Assembly: GCA_039715075.1 (NCBI GenBank)
Contig: JBDLIC010000002.1
Coordinates: forward strand, 2,108 to 66,107
Source: Nitrospirota bacterium
GTDB lineage: Bacteria > Nitrospirota > Thermodesulfovibrionia > UBA6902
Length of the DNA: 64,000 bases
Direction: 5' to 3'
This document shows positions 30,129 to 39,790 of the stretch, one piece after another (positions within the stretch are counted from its first letter, which is position 1; every line of letters begins with the position of its first letter). The notes below the pieces were generated by a model. It did no database searches. It saw nothing but the letters and a program-made list of their open reading frames with translations, and was not told the origin of the DNA. A program made the position numbers and the translations under genes.

Positions 30129-32501
30129 TTAAATATTCTCTTCCATCTCCCATACACCGGTGGGGCATATGCCTGCACAAAAACCGCAACCTATACAGAG
30201 GTCTCTGTCAACCATGTATTCATATGATCCGTCGCCGAACTCTTTCCTGCTGATAGCTCCGTAGTAACACGTAGCTTCACACATGTGGCAGTCCCTGCAG
30301 ACGGCACAGGACATGCAGCGGTTGGCCTCTTCCTTAACCTCGAATACAGGCTCGCCACGGCATACATCATAGTAGGCTGTTTCTATCTTTTCATAGGGGA
30401 CCATCGGTTTCAGTGGAGGTCTGTTGTATGATCTGCCCGAAAGCAGCGCGTGTACCGCGTCCGCACAGGTCCTTCCATGTCCGATGGCATGGGTTACGAG
30501 TCCGAGCCTTGTTGCATCTCCGATCGCGTATACCCGGGGATTTGATGTATGGCCGGCTTCATCCGCCTTGATCCATCCGTGCTTGTCAGTATCAACCGAT
30601 GGCGGCAGGAAGTCGGTCATCGGCATATCGCCGATAGAGATCACCACGAGGTCGGCCTTCATTGCTGTGCCGTCCTGGTAGTATATTTTCTTTTCCTTCT
30701 TTGAATACTTTTCCGTAAATTTCGGCCAGACGATTTCAGTACCGAGCTCTGTCGCAATTTCGAGTTCCTTGCCGAATGCAGCAGGTTCCTGAATGTCAAC
30801 AGCCGTAACTTTTTTGGCGCCACAATGATATGCCTCGATTGCAACATCCATACCGACATTTCCTGCGCCTATTACAACGACGTTCCGGCCTTTAAGGTTC
30901 GGCTTGTCACCGATATTTATGCCCTTGAGAAAATCATAAGCGGAAATTATGTCCTTTGACCCTGGCAGGTCCATTATCCTCGGCTTGTGCGCACCGCAGG
31001 CAACAACTGTTATGTCGTGCTCTTTATATATTTTTTCGAATTTCTTCTTGTCTACTTTTGTTTTCATATGAGCGTTAATCCCGGTCTCTTTTAAACGCTC
31101 GAGCTCCTTTGTCAGGACTTTCCGGGGAAGACGCTCTCTCGGGATGCAGAGCTCCAGCTTTCCGCCGAGTTTCTTCTCTGCTTCATATACGTCTACCTGA
31201 TGTCCCTTCAGAGCAAGCTGCCATGCAACCGAAAGCCCGCCCGGACCGCCGCCAATTACAGCGACTTTTTTATCAGTCTTTTTCGTTATCTTCGGGGCCT
31301 TCACTTCAAGGCTTGCCCTCCCCATTTCTTTAATATTATATGCCTTGTCAAGCTGACCTCTTGTACATGCCTGCATGCAGAGGTTCGGACATATCTCACC
31401 GCATACTGAAGCGGGGAGAGGACTGTATTCCAGTATCAGCTCCATTGCTTCATGCAGTTTGTCCGCCCTGATGAGCTGCGCCCTTTTCTGTGAGGGGATG
31501 CCGGTCGGACAGGCATGTTCACATGGCGGAGAATATTTATAATTGTTCCATTGCGGCCTGAAACGTCTTTCATCGCCGGTTGTTATATAAGGTAAAATTG
31601 TAGTTGGATGATTAACGTATGGGGCGAATATGCCTCCCTTGCCGACCCCCTTTTCCCAAATCTCCGAACGGAACTGGGAAACCGGCATTTTAAAGGGCCT
31701 TCTCTTCGCCCTTTCCTGTGCTGTATAAGGAACCAGTTTTTTCCAGGCATTAATATCTTTTGTAAGTTCACCATAATGCTCTGTCCGTTTGATCGCCTTG
31801 AGATAAGGCTTCATGTTTGTTGTGAGCCATTTCCAGTCCTGGCTTGTCAGGTCTTCAAGTTTGACATCGTTTTCACTGTAGCCATGAATAGGGCCGTGAA
31901 AATATACAACTCCGCCAACCATACCTACGCAGGGACGGTAGCCGAGAATATTTTCCGGATTCCTTGGATTTACCCCGCAGACCACAGCAATACCACCGGC
32001 CTTGAACTCCGCGAATGTATCGCCAACGTCTCTGAAGTACCATGATTCAGGCGGATCGAATTTAGGGTTGTGCTTTGTCATCGTCTCACAGCGCGCGCCG
32101 CCGCCGCCCTGGACATAAAGCTTGCCCTGAGCAGATGCATTGTGGGCACCGTTGGTCACATCTCCAAGAACAGTAATGTTCGCACCGCAGTTGATCCAGC
32201 CTACATCATCGGACACACTGCCTTTGACAACTATCTCCGTACCGAACATTCCCATACTGCCGAGCCTCTGACCTGCTGGTCCTTCAACAGTAATCTTTAC
32301 TTTGTCTTTTTTCGGCCATATACGTCCGCCTATGCCGTGCTGGCCATTGGCAAGTATATGAAGATTGCGCGCACCCTTCTCGACCGCTGCCTGTATCTGT
32401 TCTTCAAAAACCCTTGAAGGGGTCCTTTTGCCTTTTATGTTTCCTTTTAGAGTTACTTTTTTCATGCTTTTAATTTGTTTCAACCGTTCCAGCAGAGTCA
32501 T
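30129..32501 (-). CDS. gltD: glutamate synthase GXGXG-domain (GltB C-terminal domain) fused to a GltD-like NAD(P)H/FAD oxidoreductase and C-terminal 4Fe-4S ferredoxin domain
   Basis: The N-terminus carries the GXGXG domain (GQHGIGGRIW..VEGPAGQRLGSMGMFGTEIVVKG..GWINCGANITVLG). The middle has a dinucleotide-binding motif (KKVAVIGGGPGGLSVAWQLA, NVVVIGAGNVGMD). The C-terminus has CxxCxxCxxxC ferredoxin motifs. The start may be the second Met (MKKVTLKG). Confidence 0.8.
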   Translation of the reverse strand: MTLLERLKQIKSMKKVTLKGNIKGKRTPSRVFEEQIQAAVEKGARNLHILANGQHGIGGRIWPKKDKVKITVEGPAGQRLGSMGMFGTEIVVKGSVSDDVGWINCGANITVLGDVTNGAHNASAQGKLYVQGGGGARCETMTKHNPKFDPPESWYFRDVGDTFAEFKAGGIAVVCGVNPRNPENILGYRPCVGMVGGVVYFHGPIHGYSENDVKLEDLTSQDWKWLTTNMKPYLKAIKRTEHYGELTKDINAWKKLVPYTAQERAKRRPFKMPVSQFRSEIWEKGVGKGGIFAPYVNHPTTILPYITTGDERRFRPQWNNYKYSPPCEHACPTGIPSQKRAQLIRADKLHEAMELILEYSPLPASVCGEICPNLCMQACTRGQLDKAYNIKEMGRASLEVKAPKITKKTDKKVAVIGGGPGGLSVAWQLALKGHQVDVYEAEKKLGGKLELCIPRERLPRKVLTKELERLKETGINAHMKTKVDKKKFEKIYKEHDITVVACGAHKPRIMDLPGSKDIISAYDFLKGINIGDKPNLKGRNVVVIGAGNVGMDVAIEAYHCGAKKVTAVDIQEPAAFGKELEIATELGTEIVWPKFTEKYSKKEKKIYYQDGTAMKADLVVISIGDMPMTDFLPPSVDTDKHGWIKADEAGHTSNPRVYAIGDATRLGLVTHAIGHGRTCADAVHALLSGRSYNRPPLKPMVPYEKIETAYYDVCRGEPVFEVKEEANRCMSCAVCRDCHMCEATCYYGAISRKEFGDGSYEYMVDRDLCIGCGFCAGICPTGVWEMEENI

Positions 32502-32538
32502 CGGTTGAAACGGCTCAAGCGCTTGGAACCGTTTATTT
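32478..32538. promoter_or_regulatory. repeat motif block GTTTCAACCGTT / GTTGAAACGGCT / GCTTGGAACCGTT, copy 1
   Basis: GTTTCAACCGTTCCAGCAGAGTCATCGGTTGAAACGGCTCAAGCGCTTGGAACCGTTT at the gltB2/gltD junction. It is closely related to the block at 36689..36775. Confidence 0.55.
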
Positions 32539-34198
32539 AACAGTTATATTTAATTTTCAATCTTTCAGCCATTGCCGGGTCATCTATGCTGATACCGTCC
32601 GACATACCGATCGGAAGCTCTGTGCTTCTACCCATCGGGGCAAATATTTTCTTTAATTCAATATCCACTGATTTGAAGACTTCCACAACTCTTTGAGCAA
32701 CTACATCAGGGTCTAGTCTTCTGTATAATCTCGGGTCCTGTGTTGTGATACCTCTCGGGCACTTGCCGAGGTTGCAGACATTGCATCTGTTATATTCATC
32801 TCCGAAACATCCGGCTGCTGCCTGCATGATATATTTACCGATTGATACGCAGGATGCACCGAGCATAATGAGTGCGGCAGTATTTGTGGCAAGGTTGCCT
32901 TTCTTTCCCACACCGCCTGCTGCAATCAGCGGGAGTTCATTCTGTTTACCCTGTGCTACCAGGTCGAGATAACACTCGCGGAGGTTTGATGCAATCGGGT
33001 GGCCCATTGCATCCATGGAAACATTGTATGCTGCACCGGTGCCGCCATCGTCACCATCAATGGAAAGTCCTCCTGCATATGGATTTCTGATCAAATTATT
33101 GAGAACGGATTTAGCAGTGTGACTGCCCGAAATCTTCGGATAGATCGGGACCCTGAATCCCCATGCCATGGACATGGACTGGATCATCTTTGCAACTGCT
33201 TCCTCAATAGAATATTTTGTCTGATGAGTCGGGGGTGATGGCAGGTCAACGCCCATCGGCACGCCCCTGATCTCGGAGATCAGTTTCAGGACTTTATGCG
33301 CCATGAGGAGTCCGCCGTCACCCGGCTTTGCTCCCTGTCCGTATTTAATCTCTATTGCGCAGGGGTCCTCTATCATATGAGGCAGTGCCCTGACGATTTC
33401 ATCCCAGCCGAAATATCCTGATGCGATCTGGGGGATGAAGTATTTTATAAACCTTGAACGTAACAGGCTCTGGGGCATTCCGCCTTCACCCGATGCCATA
33501 ACTACGGGCATATTTTCTACTTCATTTAGATAAGTAACACCCATTGCAAGCCCTTCCCACATATTGGGGGAAAGCGCTCCGATGGACATGCTTCCTATCA
33601 TTATCGGGTATATTTCCCTGACCGGCGGGACAAACGTGCCGGACTTTTTATCGATATCCAGTTTACCGTTTACAACCTGTATGGGAAGTTCATCTGCGGG
33701 AAGTATCCTGCCGAGATATGTCCTTATCCTGAACTCATGCCTTCCTGCATCAAGTGCCGGGTCGGTAAGCATTGATATTCTGGAAAACTTCAGCCTGTCG
33801 AGAGTGGACGGCGTCGGATCGTTTCTCCGTCCGCCCCTTCTGTATGGATGACCGCCTTTATTTTTATGAAAAACAAATTTGTGCTGCGGGTTGAACTCCG
33901 GCTCAATCGCTTCATTCGGACATACAAGTTCGCATGTTGCGCACCCTATGCAGTAGCGGTCAATATCGTTTGACTGTTTAACAATTGTCTCAACACGCCG
34001 GACAGCTTTCGGCTCGGGTGTCGGGCCTTCGGAGTGGAGCACACGCTTTACAACAACCGACGGTTCGATTGCAAATACCGGGCATACTGCTGTGCAGCGT
34101 CCGCATCTCTTGCACCTGTCATCCCTCCAGCGCACGATGTACGGAAAGTCCTTCAGCGACAGCTGGTGATTATTGTCTAACCGTGAAGCTGGTTCCAT
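32537..34198 (-). CDS. gltB: glutamate synthase FMN-binding (GltB central) domain protein with N-terminal 2x[4Fe-4S] ferredoxin domain
   Basis: N-terminal CKRCGRCTAVCP and CIGCATCELVCP ferredoxin motifs. The FMN-domain core includes ASGEGGM, IKYGQGAKPGDGG and AAGGVG. Confidence 0.8.
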   Translation of the reverse strand: MEPASRLDNNHQLSLKDFPYIVRWRDDRCKRCGRCTAVCPVFAIEPSVVVKRVLHSEGPTPEPKAVRRVETIVKQSNDIDRYCIGCATCELVCPNEAIEPEFNPQHKFVFHKNKGGHPYRRGGRRNDPTPSTLDRLKFSRISMLTDPALDAGRHEFRIRTYLGRILPADELPIQVVNGKLDIDKKSGTFVPPVREIYPIMIGSMSIGALSPNMWEGLAMGVTYLNEVENMPVVMASGEGGMPQSLLRSRFIKYFIPQIASGYFGWDEIVRALPHMIEDPCAIEIKYGQGAKPGDGGLLMAHKVLKLISEIRGVPMGVDLPSPPTHQTKYSIEEAVAKMIQSMSMAWGFRVPIYPKISGSHTAKSVLNNLIRNPYAGGLSIDGDDGGTGAAYNVSMDAMGHPIASNLRECYLDLVAQGKQNELPLIAAGGVGKKGNLATNTAALIMLGASCVSIGKYIMQAAAGCFGDEYNRCNVCNLGKCPRGITTQDPRLYRRLDPDVVAQRVVEVFKSVDIELKKIFAPMGRSTELPIGMSDGISIDDPAMAERLKIKYNC

Positions 34199-35286
34199 AC
34201 CATCACCTCCTGTGCATCAGGTTTGATTATTACCATATCGAATTTCATCGGAAAAATATCCTCTGACCTGTCTCTTGAGGGCACTACGCTTTCGAGCCCG
34301 CACTCTTCGGACATCAAACCGTATTTCCCTTTCATACCGCCTACAGCACCGGGCCTCAACTTCTTTGCATCCTGGACCATGAAACATGTTCCGTCCGGTG
34401 TAAAACCGATTATGCAGTTAGGGCCGTCAATACAGAGAGGCCTTAACGATCTCTTTAAATATGTAACAGCATCACTGTCAGTACGGTTGTCAATGTCTTC
34501 CTGTTTCAGCGGTGTGATTACGTCCTTATAATAATGAAGGGGATACCCCAGTTCTTTGTATGTATAGTGCAGAATATGGCAGAAGACTTCACTGTCGCTG
34601 TTGTATCCCACATAACCCGGAAGGTTCCTTCCTGTAAGAAACTCCCTGATCGGAACAAACGCGGTATTTTCACCATTTGTCATCGTACAGATACCCTGAA
34701 GAAAAAACGGATGGCATGCATAAAGGTTAATCGCATAGTTTGTATTCTGCCTGCCCTGTGCAAAGATTATTTTTGCCTTCAGAGACGACTTGTCCAGCCC
34801 GAAAAAATCACCGAGTTGAAGGGGATCGCCTACTTCCTTGAGCGCCAGAATGTCAGGATAGAAGGTAAACACGATAATGGACTCGTCTTCTTTTCCCAGG
34901 TCCCTGAGACTCAGCCTTGTCCTGAGAAGGAGACCTTCCTTAACATCCATCGGCCTGTCTTTGAAATACTCGGGATAGTCATACACCCTGGCAAAATAAT
35001 TATCACGGGCCTCGATCCCCTTTACAGACCTTGTCTTGGGAGTCCATGTGTACTTGAGCTTGAACCCCGCCTTGTTCATATAATCATCAAGCACCTTTAC
35101 GCCATTATTTGAGCAGATGCCGGACAGGACAGGGAAGTCCTTCAGCTCTTCAAACTCTCCCCCGAGACCCTTAAGCATAAGTCCCATACCGGAACCATCA
35201 TGCCCCTCCTTCATTGTTTCGAGGGCAAGTATATTCTCAACAGGAGAGAAGTAGTCGCTTGATGTTATTGCAGCCAGTCTGCACAT
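34177..35286 (-). CDS. class-II (Ntn) glutamine amidotransferase domain protein, the glutamate synthase amidotransferase subunit
   Basis: Starts MCRLAAI, with the Cys nucleophile directly after the initiator Met. GATase-2 fold, 369 aa, first gene of the three-gene glutamate synthase operon. Confidence 0.7.
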   Translation of the reverse strand: MCRLAAITSSDYFSPVENILALETMKEGHDGSGMGLMLKGLGGEFEELKDFPVLSGICSNNGVKVLDDYMNKAGFKLKYTWTPKTRSVKGIEARDNYFARVYDYPEYFKDRPMDVKEGLLLRTRLSLRDLGKEDESIIVFTFYPDILALKEVGDPLQLGDFFGLDKSSLKAKIIFAQGRQNTNYAINLYACHPFFLQGICTMTNGENTAFVPIREFLTGRNLPGYVGYNSDSEVFCHILHYTYKELGYPLHYYKDVITPLKQEDIDNRTDSDAVTYLKRSLRPLCIDGPNCIIGFTPDGTCFMVQDAKKLRPGAVGGMKGKYGLMSEECGLESVVPSRDRSEDIFPMKFDMVIIKPDAQEVMVWNQLHG

Positions 35287-35689
35287 ATCTTAATTTCCTT
35301 CTTTCAGTCTGAATTCCCATTCTCCGAAGATTTGCTTCAAAGGATGAATACTTCAGAAACTCAAACCATATCAGGCAAAAAAAGCGTCCATACCATTTTT
35401 TGACCTCAAAGCGGTATCAGACGCGATCCCTTTACAAAAATGCGATATCAATAATAACAATTGGAACTCATATTTGTAAACTTCTACCGAGAATTATATA
35501 TGCGAAAACCATGCCAGATTATAACTATTCATATTTCAAGGATAATTGCATTGGATTGTTCCTACATTCTTGTAGTTCCTACAATTTTGTTGCAAGTCAA
35601 AGATATGAATTCTTAAATTTTCTCTCCTCTGCCTTTTGTACGATGTCAGATAGCAGCCATTGAAATGGAAGAAAACATTTAAAAAAAAT

Positions 35690-35790
35690 TGACGAACAAC
35701 GATTGACGATTCACGATTTACGAAGTAAAAAGCCCTCGTCATTCGTCATTCCTTGATCGTCATTCGTCAATCTCCGTTTCTTCCTCTTCA
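35690..35790. repeat. ~95-bp TTGACGA/CGTCAAT-rich palindromic repeat, copy 2 (inverted relative to copy 1)
   Basis: AATTGACGAACAACGATTGACGATTCACGATTTACGAAGTAAAAAGCCCTCGTCATTCGTCATTCCTTGATCGTCATTCGTCAATC. The reverse complement aligns almost base-for-base with 30030..30125. Confidence 0.8.
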
Positions 35791-36671
35791 TCCCTGTATG
35801 CCCTTCTTCTAATCATCAGCTTTATGAAACCATATATCAGTACAAATGCGGCAAAGGAAAAAAGGATCTGATAAAGATGGCTGCTCAGATACGTGAACCA
35901 TGTATATTTTTTTCTGAGTGACTCATGCCATCTGTTTTCGAGTTCATACAGCGGGATGGATAATGCCTTACGGATTGCCGCATCAATTGAGTGTCCCTCC
36001 TTTAAATAGTTCATGATCTGCAAAATTCCGTTCGTCCCGAACTCCTTATCAATATATTCCACAATGCTCAGACTTTCCTGATAAGCCATCCTGAGCCCCT
36101 TTTTGTCTCCGGGAAACCCTTGAGACAGGTCATGGATGCGTATTAACCTTCCGGACAGTGTCGCCTGTTTAAGAAGGTCTTTATTTTCACCCATAATAAT
36201 CTCGGCTATGCCGCCGCTTGCCCACTGGGACACCCCTTCGTTAAACCATCTGGGAAGATTGCCGGTACCCGCTAAGTTATGAAGAAAGAGATGACACAAT
36301 TCATGTTTCAGAGTCACTTCCAGGGTAAAGGGGTGAGTCTTCATCCTGGAGTTGTCAATGATTATTAAATTCTTTCCGTATATGGCAACAGCAACGACTG
36401 ACTCATTTTTGATTGTTTTCTGAAAGGTAGTTCTGTCTTCAATGATCCAAACCACAGGTTTGAAATCAATACTTGATTTAAAGGTAAGCTGCAGTTCCTT
36501 TTTTACTGAAGGATAGAGCCGAATGATCTCGTTTGCTACAGCCTGCAGAGGCTTTTCATACTGCACAATAACCTGATCATTTTCAATAAACTCTCTTTCA
36601 ATTGCACATGCAGGGCTGCTGAAAACCAGGATGCAGGCAATAAATATAAGTGCAACTGATTTATTTGACAT
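35760..36671 (-). CDS. membrane-anchored putative zinc metallopeptidase (HExxH, peptidase-MA-like)
   Basis: Signal peptide, HELCHLFLHN...NEGVSQW (HExxH plus a downstream Glu), and a C-terminal TM helix with an acidic tail. Confidence 0.55.
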   Translation of the reverse strand: MSNKSVALIFIACILVFSSPACAIEREFIENDQVIVQYEKPLQAVANEIIRLYPSVKKELQLTFKSSIDFKPVVWIIEDRTTFQKTIKNESVVAVAIYGKNLIIIDNSRMKTHPFTLEVTLKHELCHLFLHNLAGTGNLPRWFNEGVSQWASGGIAEIIMGENKDLLKQATLSGRLIRIHDLSQGFPGDKKGLRMAYQESLSIVEYIDKEFGTNGILQIMNYLKEGHSIDAAIRKALSIPLYELENRWHESLRKKYTWFTYLSSHLYQILFSFAAFVLIYGFIKLMIRRRAYRDEEEETEIDE

Positions 36672-36688
36672 TATTAAATATAAAAAAA

Positions 36689-36775
36689 TCGTTCCGGCAG
36701 TTTCAACCGTTTAAGCCGCTTGAACCGTTGAAACGGCTGGAATTGCTGGAACAATTCAAACGGTTTGATTTGATA
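36689..36775. promoter_or_regulatory. repeat motif block GTTTCAACCGTT / GAACCGTTGAAACGGCT / CAAACGGTTTG, copy 2
   Basis: CAGTTTCAACCGTTTAAGCCGCTTGAACCGTTGAAACGGCTGGAATTGCTGGAACAATTCAAACGGTTTG, about 20 bp upstream of the peptidase start. Confidence 0.55.
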
Positions 36776-36810
36776 TCCGGTGAAATTATAGGGATTTCCA
36801 CCATCACGCA

Positions 36811-37293
36811 ATGATACAATATTTAATGGGTTCACTGCTGGCTGTTGATGTAGGTTTAAAGTCCGGTTTTGCTCTTTATGGAGATGATGGAAGACTGTGC
36901 TGGTACAGGTCCAAAAACTTTGGCTCTGCAGCAAGTCTGAAACGCGGGGTATTCAGTTTCTTAAACAGCGTTCCAGATCTCCTGTTTCTTGTACTGGAAG
37001 GCTCCGGGACACTTGCGGCAATATGGGAACGCGAGGCAGAGCGAAGAAGGCTCCCTGTAATGCAGATCAATGCTGAACAGTGGCGGCAGAAACTGCTATA
37101 TCCACGTGAACAAAAAACCGGTCTGAGGGCGAAGTACCATGCTGATGACCTTGCCCGCCGTATAATCTCATGGTCCGGCATGTCCCGGCCGACTGCTCTG
37201 AGACATGATGCAGCAGAAGCAATTCTGGCAGGACTCTGGGCTGTACTGGATATTGGATGGCTGGAGAACATACCTGATGGATTCAGGGGCTAA
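36811..37293 (+). CDS. putative RuvC/YqgF-like (RNase H-fold) nuclease domain protein
   Basis: N-terminal LLAVDVGLKSGFALYG resembles the RuvC-family motif I, and C-terminal HDAAEAILAGLWAV resembles the RuvC C-terminal motif. This is an inference from motif resemblance only. Confidence 0.3.
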   Translation: MIQYLMGSLLAVDVGLKSGFALYGDDGRLCWYRSKNFGSAASLKRGVFSFLNSVPDLLFLVLEGSGTLAAIWEREAERRRLPVMQINAEQWRQKLLYPREQKTGLRAKYHADDLARRIISWSGMSRPTALRHDAAEAILAGLWAVLDIGWLENIPDGFRG

Positions 37294-37323
37294 GAGGCTG
37301 GTTACGGTAACGTTTGTATGGTC

Positions 37324-37689
37324 TCAGATTCTTCTCATTCTTATTCTCTGAGTAGCGTCCTTAAAGACCAACTCCTGTTTGTCCAGCTTGATGATTTCAT
37401 AAAAATAAGTTCTGCCCTTGTAATGTCCGTCATAAATGCTGATCTTTATATGCGTATCATCAATGAATTCGTATTCACCCCTTGATTTCACTTCACTCTT
37501 GTGCTTTTCCCAGGGTGCTGTTACATAGCCATTGCCCCTGAACCAGAATGATGAGGGAGAATCCCCTACCATCCTGCCCGCAAGAGACCATTTGCCGGGA
37601 ATCATGCTTTCGTTCTCAGATCCCGATGAACAGGAAATAAATAACACTAGCAGAGTGAGCAGACAGAGGTTGATAAATTTAGATTTCAT
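37324..37689 (-). CDS. hypothetical lipoprotein
   Basis: Signal peptide with lipobox LFISCSSG. The protein is 121 aa. Confidence 0.5.
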   Translation of the reverse strand: MKSKFINLCLLTLLVLFISCSSGSENESMIPGKWSLAGRMVGDSPSSFWFRGNGYVTAPWEKHKSEVKSRGEYEFIDDTHIKISIYDGHYKGRTYFYEIIKLDKQELVFKDATQRIRMRRI

Positions 37690-37866
37690 AAATATTCTTT
37701 AAGCTTGCATAAGGATTGTTTATAATGTACGAAACCGCCTGAAAATGAAAGCACTTTTTTTAAGTATAAGGACATATTCCCCCTGCCTGTGATAATATTT
37801 CATGAAGGAAACGCTTTTTATATACTTCGCTCAACCACTAACAAACTATATTAATTTTCAGGAGGC

Positions 37867-39243
37867 ATGATGATAAATTCAGGTATATTCAGACAATACG
37901 ATATCAGGGGCATATGGGAAAAGGACCTTACACATGAAGTTGTCGAGCTTATCGGCAGGGGCTATGCTTCTCTTCTATTAAAATCGATCGGCAAGGACAG
38001 TGCAAAAATAAGTGTGGGATGGGATGCCAGGCTGCATTCCCCTGCAATAAGGGACAGCCTGATCAAGGGCATCACCGGGTCCGGAATCGATGTTATCGAT
38101 CTTGGAATGTGTCCGACCCCACTTCAATATTTTACACTGCATAAGCTTCAGATAGATGGCGGGGTCATGATTACCGGAAGCCATAATCCCCCCGAGTTCA
38201 ACGGATTTAAATTAAGCGTTGGAAAAGGTACCATCTTCGGTGACACTATCCAGGAGATCAAACAAATAATTGATGCAAATGACTTTAAAAGAGGAAGCGG
38301 AAATGTTGAAGAGTATCCGGTAATCAATGAGTATATTGATTTTGTAACAAGCAAATTCGAAAGTCTTTCCGGAATCAGAGTTGTTGTCGACGCGGGCAAC
38401 GGCACGGGAGGTATAGTTGCTCCCCAAATAATGAAGGCGCTGGGCGCAGAGGTTATTGAGCTTTACTGTGACCCTGACGGAAACTTTCCCAACCACCACC
38501 CTGACCCGACACTGGAGGCAAGCCTGGTCGACCTTATTGCAAAAGTAAAGGAAACGAAGGCGCATGCCGGCATAGGTTATGACGGCGACGCAGACAGGAT
38601 CGGTGTAGTTGATGAGGAGGGCAACGTAATCTGGGGTGACGGTTTGATGATTATATTTTCGAGAGACATCCTGAAGGATAACCCGGGCACAAAGATTATA
38701 GGTGAGGTAAAGTGTTCACAAACGCTTTATGATGATATTGCAGCCCACGGCGGTGTTCCAATTATGTGGAAGACAGGGCACTCGTTAATTAAGGAGAAAA
38801 TGAAAAACGAAGGGGCCCTACTGGCCGGTGAAATGAGCGGACATCTCTTTTTCAAGCACAGATATTTTGGTTATGACGATGCAGTTTATGCAAGTTTAAG
38901 GCTTATGGAAATAATAAAAAAAGCAGGAGCACCGTACAGTACCAAAGCACTTTTAAAGGATGTGCCGAACGTCGTAGCCACACCGGAAATCAGGTTTGAC
39001 TGTCCCGATGACATTAAATTCAGGATAGTTGAGAAGGCACAAAATGCATTTAATGAATTTGAATCAATCACCATTGACGGAATACGGATAAAATTCGATG
39101 ACGGATGGGCCCTCATTCGTGCGTCCAATACCCAACCAGTACTTGTCCTGCGCTTTGAATCGAAAACAGAAGCCCGTCTTAATGAAATAAGAAGCTTTGT
39201 TGAAGACAGGCTGGGCAAGATTATCGACGAATGCAAAAGATGA
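37867..39243 (+). CDS. manB: phosphomannomutase / phosphoglucomutase (alpha-D-phosphohexomutase family)
   Basis: Active-site loop MITGSHNPPEFNGFK, metal-binding GYDGDADR and a four-domain architecture in 458 aa. Confidence 0.85.
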   Translation: MMINSGIFRQYDIRGIWEKDLTHEVVELIGRGYASLLLKSIGKDSAKISVGWDARLHSPAIRDSLIKGITGSGIDVIDLGMCPTPLQYFTLHKLQIDGGVMITGSHNPPEFNGFKLSVGKGTIFGDTIQEIKQIIDANDFKRGSGNVEEYPVINEYIDFVTSKFESLSGIRVVVDAGNGTGGIVAPQIMKALGAEVIELYCDPDGNFPNHHPDPTLEASLVDLIAKVKETKAHAGIGYDGDADRIGVVDEEGNVIWGDGLMIIFSRDILKDNPGTKIIGEVKCSQTLYDDIAAHGGVPIMWKTGHSLIKEKMKNEGALLAGEMSGHLFFKHRYFGYDDAVYASLRLMEIIKKAGAPYSTKALLKDVPNVVATPEIRFDCPDDIKFRIVEKAQNAFNEFESITIDGIRIKFDDGWALIRASNTQPVLVLRFESKTEARLNEIRSFVEDRLGKIIDECKR

Positions 39244-39289
39244 TCACCCGCACTAAAGAGAAAATCTTTTTGAGCCGAAAGAAAATATA

Positions 39290-39596
39290 TGGGAGATACC
39301 TTTCAGGCCTATATCCGGAAAATCGAAGACCTGCCGACCTTGCCGGTAACTGCCAACCAGATATTGCCCTCGGCATATCTTTATTGACCTTATTATGTGA
39401 CGGCAGGACAACACCAGCCTACAAGAGATTATTCAATCATTCAATAACCGTCGGACTGACAGCGAGGCTGCTGACCAGAAATTTCAGGATGGGCATTTCT
39501 GACGATATACTGATCGACGGCATGCTTCATTATCTGGAAGAGTCGATAGACGGCATTCCCTTCTCCGATGAAATTTTCTACTTAAGGAACATTTAA
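39290..39596 (+). pseudogene. possible degraded HDOD-domain gene fragment
   Basis: Frame-shifted pieces: one frame reads KIEDLPTLPVTANQIL (an HDOD-like start), and another reads ...SITVGLTARLLTRNF (compare the LTARLL HDOD motif). No intact ORF of a sensible family. Confidence 0.25.
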
Positions 39597-39616
39597 GTTT
39601 CTTCTTCCCCTGAAAG

Positions 39617-39655
39617 GCAGCCAGGTAAAGTTCATGGCTGCCTTCACCCCTTTTT
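39617..39655 (+). terminator. Rho-independent terminator
   Basis: AGGCAGCCAGGTAAAGTTCATGGCTGCCT stem followed by TCACCCCTTTTTGGG. Confidence 0.6.
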
Positions 39656-39719
39656 GGGCATTGCATTCAGCTATGAAAACCTGTCAATATCAATGCTCCT
39701 ATTTAGAATCATTCTTACA

Positions 39720-39748
39720 TTGTAAAAATTCTATTTTTATGGTAATAT
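39720..39748 (+). promoter_or_regulatory. sigma70-type promoter (TTGTAA, 17-nt spacer, TAATAT) for the small redox-protein operon
   Basis: TTGTAAAAATTCTATTTTTATGGTAATAT lies 43 nt upstream of the GTG start at 39791, which has a GGAGG RBS. Confidence 0.5.
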
Positions 39749-39790
39749 CTTTCTAAACTAATAATCATGAATATTAACGGAGGTATTTAG

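Noticed and set aside
35400-35742. Two small overlapping ORFs in the leader of the glutamate synthase operon
   Set aside because: No RBS and no motif. The region is more plausibly an untranslated regulatory leader.
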